A stretch of 64,000 nt of DNA. Origin: Sphingobacterium sp. Its GTDB lineage: Bacteria; Bacteroidota; Bacteroidia; Sphingobacteriales; Sphingobacteriaceae. The notes beneath the pieces were generated by a model that worked only from the letters and a program-made list of their open reading frames with translations, had not been told where the DNA came from and ran no database searches. Position 1 is the stretch's first letter, and every line of letters starts with the position of its first letter. A program made the translations under genes and the position numbers. The DNA is taken from contig JBMDWK010000025.1 of the NCBI GenBank assembly GCA_048595255.1, positions 4,342-68,341 on the forward strand, read 5' to 3'. Below are positions 10,308 to 18,331 of the stretch, piece after piece.

Positions 10308-11921
10308 ATGAATAAAGTAAATAAATCGATAATATCTTGTGCACTTGTTGCCTTAATATCACTATGTTCTTCATGTAAAGATTTTCTAGTGGAAGAGCCG
10401 GTGAACTCCACCTATTCAGATGCTTTTTGGAAAAAGTCGTCAGATTTGCGTAGTGCATTGGCTGGAAATTATGCCTTAATCCGTGATGTAATGAGTTCAG
10501 GAAACTGGAACGTCAGTCCGCGCTACTATATGTACGGTGATGCGGTAGCTAAAACTTATTTTACCATGCAATACACAGGTGATGGTCTAGAAGGAATTCA
10601 GAACGGAGATTATACATTTCAATATAATGTAGAAAGCTTAGGCGATTGGACTAAATATTACAAAGCCATCAGTATGAGTAATATTCTTATTAATAGAGTT
10701 CCTAAGGTAGACGCTACGCAATTCACTGATGTTGCTAACCCGGAGAAATTTAAGAATGAAATCTTAGGTGAAGCTTATTTCTTGAGAGCTTTAGCTTATT
10801 TTATGTTGGTCCGTGTATGGGGAGATGTACCTATTGTTACAGAAGAATATGAAGACCCTATTACCGCTCCTGAACTGCCACGTAGCCCTAAAGCTGATGT
10901 AATGGCACTGATAGAAGAAGATTGTATCAAAGCGAGAGATCTTTTGGAGTGGCAATACGCTAATATCGGCGATGCAAAAGTGACAGCAAATAAAGGATCA
11001 GTACATGCTTTACTAGCTCATTTATACCTGTGGAAAGCTACAATGATAAATGTACAAACGAATGCCGTAAATCTCGAAGACGTACAAAAAGCAGATGCCT
11101 CTATCGATCAAGTTATCCAAAGTGGCATGTATTCCCAAACCGATACAAGCAATTATTATAAAACATTTATTGGAAAGTCATCTGAAGGAATTTTTGAAAT
11201 AAGCATTGATGAAAATAACCGTGAAGGTAGTAATATGCATGTAGCGAATTTGTTTTTACGCACATCGCATATCCAGTACTATGGAACAAATTCAAGATGT
11301 TATGTGAATCCAGAATACCTTACAAACCATTTTTATAAGATTATCAAAGAATGGAATTGGTATTGGAACTATACGCTAAACGAATGGGAATGGAGGGAAG
11401 GCGAAGTGTATGCACTGGATGATAAGGATGTACGACTTAAAAAAAGTTTTACCGATATCGATACAGACCGCCCTACTTGTATAAAGTATAGTAACGTTTC
11501 CTATCGAAATACTTCTCAGAATCAAGATGCATATCTATCGAACAATATAATTGTTTTTCGTTTGAGTGACTTATTATTGCTAAAGGCGGAGATAGCTTTG
11601 TATCGTGGTGAAGTGGGTAAGGCCATTGACATTATAAACGGCTTCCGTAGACGTAATGGTGCTGATAGTTCTTCATACTTGGCTACCAATTTGTCTAAGG
11701 AAGATGTAATGTACGAATATGCTTTGGAGAGAGGTAAAGAAATGTATTTAGAAGGCCATTTGATGTATGATCTTTTAAGAACTCGTCAATACAATAATTT
11801 CGTAGGATGGTTATCGGAATCAAGATTCAAACAAGAGGGGTTTTATTGGCCTATCAATCCAGCCTTATTCAAAAACAATAACAAACTCGTCCAAACCAGT
11901 TACTGGAGAGGAAAGGTATAA
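10308..11921 (+). CDS. susD: SusD/RagB lipoprotein (pair 1)
   Basis: Lipobox SSC; 'GEAYFLRALAYFMLVRVWGDVP', 'RLSDLLLLKAE', 'ERGKEMYLEGH' SusD motifs. Confidence 0.93.
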   Translation: MNKVNKSIISCALVALISLCSSCKDFLVEEPVNSTYSDAFWKKSSDLRSALAGNYALIRDVMSSGNWNVSPRYYMYGDAVAKTYFTMQYTGDGLEGIQNGDYTFQYNVESLGDWTKYYKAISMSNILINRVPKVDATQFTDVANPEKFKNEILGEAYFLRALAYFMLVRVWGDVPIVTEEYEDPITAPELPRSPKADVMALIEEDCIKARDLLEWQYANIGDAKVTANKGSVHALLAHLYLWKATMINVQTNAVNLEDVQKADASIDQVIQSGMYSQTDTSNYYKTFIGKSSEGIFEISIDENNREGSNMHVANLFLRTSHIQYYGTNSRCYVNPEYLTNHFYKIIKEWNWYWNYTLNEWEWREGEVYALDDKDVRLKKSFTDIDTDRPTCIKYSNVSYRNTSQNQDAYLSNNIIVFRLSDLLLLKAEIALYRGEVGKAIDIINGFRRRNGADSSSYLATNLSKEDVMYEYALERGKEMYLEGHLMYDLLRTRQYNNFVGWLSESRFKQEGFYWPINPALFKNNNKLVQTSYWRGKV

Positions 11922-11939
11922 CCCATAATGATTCAATTT

Positions 11940-12623
11940 ATGAAAAAGGTATTAATTAAAGCTTTAGTATTATTCTTCATTTGTACTTCTTGCCAGAAAG
12001 ATGATTACAGAGTAGATGGAGGTACGAGCGATCCAAATGTGAACACTACGACTTATGACTTTTTGAAGAGTCATGGTAAGTTTGACTCATTAGTGCGCAT
12101 AATAGATCATGCAGGTCTTAAAGATATAGTCAATTCAAATGTGACCTTATTTGCAACGACAGACTACGGAGTACGTGATTATGTAGCAGCAAAAAAACAA
12201 GAAAAAATAGTGCAAGTAGGAGATGAGAACATTTCTTTCTCCATATCGGATATTCCAAAGCAGGAACTAAGGGATTCCATGATGATTTATCTCTTTGATG
12301 GTAAAATTACTCGTGAAACCTTGACTACAGATAATAAATTCTTTGGAAGTATGCTGGGCAACATCCCGAATGTGCGTTTTAATATCAAATTGAGAAGAAC
12401 TTATTCATATAGTTCATATTTGGACTATGTGGATTTCGTGAATTTCACGAAAGTAATCAAGACTCTGGATGCGGATGAGCCGGATTATTCTAAAATTCCG
12501 GATGCTGAACTTGATCGTTCTTTTGATTGTCAAACCTCCGGACTGATTTCCACTACAGGCGTAATTCATGTGCTGGACAATTCGCACCGATTGTTTTTTA
12601 ATAGAGGCAAGATGGCCCAATAG
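11940..12623 (+). CDS. Fasciclin-like surface lipoprotein
   Basis: Lipobox TSC from ATG 11940 (ORF track starts 11928). 'TTYDFL', 'TLFATTD' and 'GVIHVLD' match FAS1 H1/H2 motifs. Confidence 0.7.
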   Translation: MKKVLIKALVLFFICTSCQKDDYRVDGGTSDPNVNTTTYDFLKSHGKFDSLVRIIDHAGLKDIVNSNVTLFATTDYGVRDYVAAKKQEKIVQVGDENISFSISDIPKQELRDSMMIYLFDGKITRETLTTDNKFFGSMLGNIPNVRFNIKLRRTYSYSSYLDYVDFVNFTKVIKTLDADEPDYSKIPDAELDRSFDCQTSGLISTTGVIHVLDNSHRLFFNRGKMAQ

Positions 12624-12639
12624 TTTAAAATGAAAAGTT

Positions 12640-13629
12640 ATGAAAACCAATAGAATAAAAATATTAGCATTAGTAGGGTTAGGTCTTGCTGTGGGGGCGT
12701 GTTCCAAAATTGAGAATGGCTTTCAAAGCGATAATATCCGTTATAAATCCGATATTATATTTTGCAAAAGAGGAATGTCACTCACGATGTCTGATCGGAT
12801 TAATGCTGACGGAAGTACCCCTCCATATACTTTTGAAATGTTGAATCTTCGAAATGCAGAAACGGGTGAGCCAGCTCCTAGCGAATTTTTCAATGAATAT
12901 GAGATTATAAGTTTTAAGAATGGAATGGTATTCAATGCAGAGACCGATACCACTGTCGAACTGTTAAATCAGAAAAGAGAAGTGGTAAAAAAGCCACCTA
13001 TGGAATTTAACCCGGTGAGTGGGCAGTTAGTGTTTAATCGTGCTTCTGCAAATTTGCCTTTGGGTAAATATAAATTTGATGTTAATTTCACCAATTCACG
13101 TGGAACCAAATTATTTAAAGACTTAGCTACTATAGAAATTGTAGAACCCACTATTGACGATATGTTTGAAGTGACATATGAAGCTGCAACGGGCTCAAAT
13201 GCCTCCGAAACTTTTACTACCACTACTGCTCCGAAATTAAGCTGTACAAAAGTGAGTAACGAGGGGGCTCGAGTAATCTTGAAGATCGTAGACAAGGCTG
13301 GTAGACCTTTTAATCCAAAGGCTGGTGAAATCGTAAAACGTGGAGACCGCCCCATGTTTGAATCACATGTGAAGTTCAATCCTGTTATAACAACTGATAC
13401 AGCTCTGATTTGTGATTTTGAAGTTGCCCCCTTTCCTTTGACCAAGTTGGTGGATAAAGCGGGTACGGACTGGGGATATTTGAATTATTACCGCATCCCT
13501 ATGTCATTTGCGCAAGTAGACGGTTTACCTAATAACAATGTGAATCCCGTATTTGGTTTTCGGGTCAAGATGGAAGGCACTTACTTGGTGGAAGTCCGAT
13601 TACCAAGTGTAACGCGAGTTAATCGTTAA
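12640..13629 (+). CDS. DUF5007-like surface lipoprotein
   Basis: Lipobox GAC. Position after susC-susD-fasciclin is the arrangement I associate with DUF5007; family call is from recall, not a search. Confidence 0.55.
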   Translation: MKTNRIKILALVGLGLAVGACSKIENGFQSDNIRYKSDIIFCKRGMSLTMSDRINADGSTPPYTFEMLNLRNAETGEPAPSEFFNEYEIISFKNGMVFNAETDTTVELLNQKREVVKKPPMEFNPVSGQLVFNRASANLPLGKYKFDVNFTNSRGTKLFKDLATIEIVEPTIDDMFEVTYEAATGSNASETFTTTTAPKLSCTKVSNEGARVILKIVDKAGRPFNPKAGEIVKRGDRPMFESHVKFNPVITTDTALICDFEVAPFPLTKLVDKAGTDWGYLNYYRIPMSFAQVDGLPNNNVNPVFGFRVKMEGTYLVEVRLPSVTRVNR

Positions 13630-13642
13630 GTCTATAATATAC

Positions 13643-13672
13643 AGGTGGGAACTAGTTCCCACCTTTTCTTTT
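13643..13672 (+). terminator. Intrinsic terminator; perfect 22-bp palindrome
   Basis: AGGTGGGAACTAGTTCCCACCT (13643-13664) followed by TTTCTTTT. Confidence 0.8.
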
Positions 13673-13710
13673 ATGGCACAACCATATTTAAAGATAAATG
13701 TGGTTATGTT

Positions 13711-13775
13711 GTTAAAATCCTCATCATATTAGCTAAAATCCTTATGCCTGATCACCTATCATTTTTCTACTTTTA
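13711..13775 (+). promoter_or_regulatory. GH146 promoter: direct-repeat site plus degenerate -7 box
   Basis: GTTAAAAT (13711) and GCTAAAAT (13732); TACTTTTA at 13768, the same offsets as at susC1. Confidence 0.65.
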
Positions 13776-13818
13776 TAATTGTATGCTTATTCTGCAATTG
13801 ATTATCTAAAATATACTG

Positions 13819-16800
13819 ATGATGGTACTTATAAAAATAATTTCTAAGATTTTGCTGACATTAATAATAGTGTGTTTTTCTAATATGGTGAAGGCACAAA
13901 GTGGTGACCAAATACTGGATGGTATTGGTGAGACAGGAATGGTTTCTCGCTACATCTTCAATGGTGATCTTAAAGATTGGTCGCGCAATAACTTACATGG
14001 AAATTATCAGGGTGGTCAGCCAAAATTTGTATCTGATCCAAAGTTCAATAAAGTATTATCTTTTGAAAATAAAAAGGAGGCAATATTATCCCTACCGAGC
14101 GACGTATTATTGAATATCGAATCTTTAAGTATTTCAGCATGGGTGTTCTCAAAATCCAATACAAAAGCACAGACTATTTTGGACTTTGGAAAGAATAATA
14201 ATTCTTTGCTTCACGTCTTTCAAGCGAAAGGTAAGCTATGTCTTTCTTTTGCGGGGAATGTCATAGAAGGTACTGCTTTACCCTTGAATAAATGGTCTCA
14301 TCTAGTTGTCGTGTTAGATGCTCCTGCAAAATCCATAGGCCTATATGCCGACAACAAGCTTTTGGTCGAAATGACCGATATAAATATAGACTTAACAAAA
14401 CTATTCGGTGCAAAATCTGTTGACGGTACTACGCTTTGGATAGGAAATTCGCCAGCTAAAAAAGAATCTTCTCTTCAGGCTTTGTTGCATGATTTTAGAA
14501 TATATCGTGTACCGCTCAGTAAGAGACAGATAGCTGGGATCTATAATAATGTGGTAAAAGGAGTGCGGCAAGATGAAGCACGTATGGGAAAGGTAGAAGA
14601 CAATCTTCAAGACTTTCCACTCACACAATCTCAGCTTTATAATAGTTATTTGGTCAATGTATCGGATGTGGAAGTAGAAACGCAAGTGGGCGAATTGCCA
14701 AGATTACCAAGCTATATACAAGGTGAATATAATGGAAATATGGTCGGACCTAAAGTGCGTGTAATCTGGCCCTCACCTATAGATAATGCTGAAGTATTAA
14801 AGGCTGGTCAATATACCATTACGGGTAAAATACCAGGTTCGTCTCTTATTCCTAAAGCTGTTGTTACTGTTAAATCAAAAGTTCAAGGTAATGCTCCGTC
14901 TATAAAATTGGCTGCTTTCCCACTCGAGCAAGTTTCTTTAAATAATGATGCGAATAGTCAGCAGACTAAATTTATTGAGAATAGAGACAAATTTTTAGGA
15001 ACATTAGCCAATACAGATCCTAATTCGTTTTTGTATATGTTTCGCAATGCCTTTGGACAAGCCCAACCCGCAGGTGCTAAACCGCTAGGAGTATGGGACA
15101 GCCAAGACACAAAATTGCGCGGACATGCTACTGGACATTATCTAACGGCATTGGCACAGGCTTATGCGAGCACAAAAGCAGATAAGAAACTAAATGAGAA
15201 TTTTTCGCAAAAGATGTCCTACATGGTGGATGTTTTATACCAATTAGCGCAACTTTCCGGTACAGCAAATAGCAAAGGGGAGTCCGTATCGGATCCTTTG
15301 GCTGTTCCGATAGGACCTAACAAGGAGACTTATGACTCAGATTTAAGTGTAGAAGGAATCCGTACAGATTATTGGAATTGGGGTAAAGGATTTATAAGTG
15401 CTTATCCACCAGACCAATTTATTATGTTGGAAAAAGGCGCTAAATATGGCGGTCAGAAAAATCAGGTTTGGGCTCCATATTATACATTACACAAGATTTT
15501 AGCAGGACTATTGGATGTATACATAGTAAGTGGGAATCAAAAAGCGTTGGATATCGCAGTAGGCATGACAGATTGGTTGCATCTGCGCTTGAATGCTCTA
15601 CCTAAAGAAACATTGATCGCCATGTGGAATACCTACATCGCAGGCGAATTTGGTGGTATGAATGAGACTTTAGCTCATCTCGCAGCTATTACTAAGGATA
15701 ATAAATATCTTAAAACAGCACAGCTTTTTGATAATATAGACTTGTTCTTCGGAAATGCAGAGCATACACATGGTCTTGCCAAAAATGTAGACTCATTCCG
15801 CGGATTGCATGCTAATCAACATATCCCTCAGATTGTAGGAAGTATTGAGATGTACCGTGTGTCGAATATGGAAGATTATTACAAAGTCGCAGATAACTTT
15901 TGGTACAAAGCGGTAAATGATTACATGTATAGTATTGGCGGTGTAGCTGGAGCACGCAACCCAGCCAATGCAGAGTGTTTTACAAAAGAGCCTTCTACGC
16001 TGTATGAGAATGGTTTTTCGGCAGGTGGACAGAACGAAACATGTGCAACTTATAATATGCTCAAATTAACTTCTAACCTATTCATGTATGATCAAAAGGC
16101 AGAGTATATGGATTATTACGAACGCGCTTTATATAATCATATTTTAGCATCGGTTGATGAGCATACACCAGCAAACACATACCATGTGCCACTCCGTCCA
16201 GGGTCGATCAAGCAATTCGGCAACCCAAATATGACAGGTTTTACCTGTTGTAATGGAACCGCAATAGAAAGTAATACGAAACTTCAAACAGCTATTTATA
16301 ATAAAAGTATAGACAATCAATCGTTGTATGTCAATTTATATATACCATCTACTTTGGATTGGAAAGAGCGTAATGTAATTATCGAACAGATTACTAATTT
16401 CCCTAAAGAAGATAATACAAGCTTGGTAGTAAAAGGAGAAGGTAATTTTACTATCAACCTGCGTCTACCACAATGGGCTAAAAAAGGCTTTACTGTAAAG
16501 ATTAATGGTAAGCAAGAAATAGTGAAAGCAGAAGTAGGCACCTATTTGGCTTTGCAACGACATTGGAAGAATGGGGATACTATTGAATTACAAATGCCTT
16601 TTGAATTCCATTTGGATCCTGTGATGGACCAGCAAAATATAGCGAGTTTGTTCTATGGCCCTATACTATTGGCTGCACAAGAGCCTGAGGCACGCGTAGA
16701 TTGGAGAAAAGTGACTTTGGATGCCAAAGATTTGAACAAGACGATCCAAGGAGATCCAAAAACTTTAGAGTTTACTATAGATGGGGTAAAATTCAAACCA

Positions 16801-16854
16801 TTCTATGACACCTATGGCAGGCATTCTGTCTACCTTGACGTAACTTTAAAATAA
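13819..16854 (+). CDS. GH146 (GH127-like) beta-L-arabinofuranosidase with N-terminal LamG-like and Ig-like domains
   Basis: Signal peptide; LamG-like region; 'LRGHATGHYL', 'EFGGMNE', 'LHANQHIP', 'NETCATYNMLKL', 'FTCCNGT' (Glu/3xCys Zn site). Confidence 0.88.
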   Translation: MMVLIKIISKILLTLIIVCFSNMVKAQSGDQILDGIGETGMVSRYIFNGDLKDWSRNNLHGNYQGGQPKFVSDPKFNKVLSFENKKEAILSLPSDVLLNIESLSISAWVFSKSNTKAQTILDFGKNNNSLLHVFQAKGKLCLSFAGNVIEGTALPLNKWSHLVVVLDAPAKSIGLYADNKLLVEMTDINIDLTKLFGAKSVDGTTLWIGNSPAKKESSLQALLHDFRIYRVPLSKRQIAGIYNNVVKGVRQDEARMGKVEDNLQDFPLTQSQLYNSYLVNVSDVEVETQVGELPRLPSYIQGEYNGNMVGPKVRVIWPSPIDNAEVLKAGQYTITGKIPGSSLIPKAVVTVKSKVQGNAPSIKLAAFPLEQVSLNNDANSQQTKFIENRDKFLGTLANTDPNSFLYMFRNAFGQAQPAGAKPLGVWDSQDTKLRGHATGHYLTALAQAYASTKADKKLNENFSQKMSYMVDVLYQLAQLSGTANSKGESVSDPLAVPIGPNKETYDSDLSVEGIRTDYWNWGKGFISAYPPDQFIMLEKGAKYGGQKNQVWAPYYTLHKILAGLLDVYIVSGNQKALDIAVGMTDWLHLRLNALPKETLIAMWNTYIAGEFGGMNETLAHLAAITKDNKYLKTAQLFDNIDLFFGNAEHTHGLAKNVDSFRGLHANQHIPQIVGSIEMYRVSNMEDYYKVADNFWYKAVNDYMYSIGGVAGARNPANAECFTKEPSTLYENGFSAGGQNETCATYNMLKLTSNLFMYDQKAEYMDYYERALYNHILASVDEHTPANTYHVPLRPGSIKQFGNPNMTGFTCCNGTAIESNTKLQTAIYNKSIDNQSLYVNLYIPSTLDWKERNVIIEQITNFPKEDNTSLVVKGEGNFTINLRLPQWAKKGFTVKINGKQEIVKAEVGTYLALQRHWKNGDTIELQMPFEFHLDPVMDQQNIASLFYGPILLAAQEPEARVDWRKVTLDAKDLNKTIQGDPKTLEFTIDGVKFKPFYDTYGRHSVYLDVTLK

Positions 16855-16890
16855 CAAGATCAAAAGAGTACACGTGACGATTAAAAATTT

Positions 16891-16921
16891 ATCCCTCAGA
16901 ACAATTTCTGTTCTGAGGGAT
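16891..16921. terminator. Hairpin between convergent genes (bidirectional terminator)
   Basis: ATCCCTCAGAACA-atttc-TGTTCTGAGGGAT, a 13-bp perfect stem. Confidence 0.8.
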
Positions 16922-16931
16922 TTTAGTAGAG

Positions 16932-18329
16932 CTATGAGAGATTAGCATCCCGATAATTTTCGATTTCGTCTATAGATTGAAATAGATGAGGGCCTAAAGT
17001 GCGATAGCCATCTTCAGTAATTACATAGTTATCTTCAATACGGATACCTCCAAAGTCTTTATATTTTTCTAATTGGTTATAATTGATAAATTCTGCATGC
17101 TTTCTTTCCGCGGTCCACATATCAATTAGTGTAGGGATGAAATAAATCCCTGGCTCTACGGTAAGCACATTCCCGGTGTTTAATTTTTTTGCTAATCGCA
17201 GAGATTTCCATCCGAAAGTTTTAGTGTCTTTAGGCTCTTCGTCTATGTAACCTACGTATTGCTCTCCCAAATCTTCCATATCATGCACGTCCAATCCCAT
17301 CATATGACCTGTGCCACATTGGAAAAACAGCGTGAAAGCATTGGATTCTACAGCATCGTCTACATTTCCTTGGACGATTCCTAAATCTTTCAGTCCTTCC
17401 ATTAAAGTCGTTACAGAGCGGAGGTGAACATCGCGGAATTTGGTCTGAGGAGCTAGCATACTGCTAGCAGATTGGATAGCAGCATGCACTATGCTATATA
17501 TATCCCGTTGGACTGGTGTAAATTTATTCGCCACAGGATAAGTACGTGTTAAATCTGCAGCATAACCTTTATCCGTTTCGCAGCCTGAGTCATTTAAGAC
17601 CATGTCGCCCAAAGATAATAGGTGATGGCTATGCAGATTGTGCAATATTTCGCCATGCTTTGTGACTATAGGCGGATATGCAAATGTACAGCCGTGGTCT
17701 TCAGCATAGTGACGCATCACATTGATGATTTCATATTCTTTCATGCCTGGCTGGGTAGCAAGCATTGCCAATTTGTGCATTTCTACAGTAACCGCTAGCG
17801 CTTTTTCAATATCTTCAATCTCTTGTTTTTCTTTGACTGATCGTTGACTTACTACTGCTTTTATAAAAGGAATAGAAGGCTGTAATTGTGAAATAGGTTT
17901 TTGTATTAATTGTGAAAGTAAAATTTTATTGTAAGCTTGATAAGGAGGTAGATAATGAACAGTTCGATCTTGCTTAATAACTTTTTCTACATAATCAAAT
18001 ATCTCTTTTTTGGGGACAGTTTTTTGAATACCTGATTTATGAGCCTTCTCTTTTAGAGTTTCTAATTTTCCCGTCCATATGATGTCATCTATGCTCGCTT
18101 CATCTCCAAAAAGGATGGTTTCATTTGAATCCAAATCTAGTACAACGTAAATTTCCGGAGCGTTGATGCCAAAATAATACAAAAAACTGCTATCCTGTCT
18201 GAAAGGATAGCAGTTGTGTTCGAAATTAATAGGGCTCTCTTTATTCGTTAAAAATAGAAGAATTCCCTTTGAATCGATGTTATGTATTAATTGTTGTCTA
18301 CGTCTAATGTAAGTTTCAGTCGAAAACAT
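16932..18329 (-). CDS. pepP: Xaa-Pro aminopeptidase (M24B), cytoplasmic
   Basis: Pita-bread metal ligands: 'LHN', 'DSGCE', 'DLTRT', 'GHMMGLDVHD', 'TVEPGIYF', 'GIRIEDN'. No signal peptide. Confidence 0.92.
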   Translation of the reverse strand: MFSTETYIRRRQQLIHNIDSKGILLFLTNKESPINFEHNCYPFRQDSSFLYYFGINAPEIYVVLDLDSNETILFGDEASIDDIIWTGKLETLKEKAHKSGIQKTVPKKEIFDYVEKVIKQDRTVHYLPPYQAYNKILLSQLIQKPISQLQPSIPFIKAVVSQRSVKEKQEIEDIEKALAVTVEMHKLAMLATQPGMKEYEIINVMRHYAEDHGCTFAYPPIVTKHGEILHNLHSHHLLSLGDMVLNDSGCETDKGYAADLTRTYPVANKFTPVQRDIYSIVHAAIQSASSMLAPQTKFRDVHLRSVTTLMEGLKDLGIVQGNVDDAVESNAFTLFFQCGTGHMMGLDVHDMEDLGEQYVGYIDEEPKDTKTFGWKSLRLAKKLNTGNVLTVEPGIYFIPTLIDMWTAERKHAEFINYNQLEKYKDFGGIRIEDNYVITEDGYRTLGPHLFQSIDEIENYRDANLS

Positions 18330-18331
18330 AT

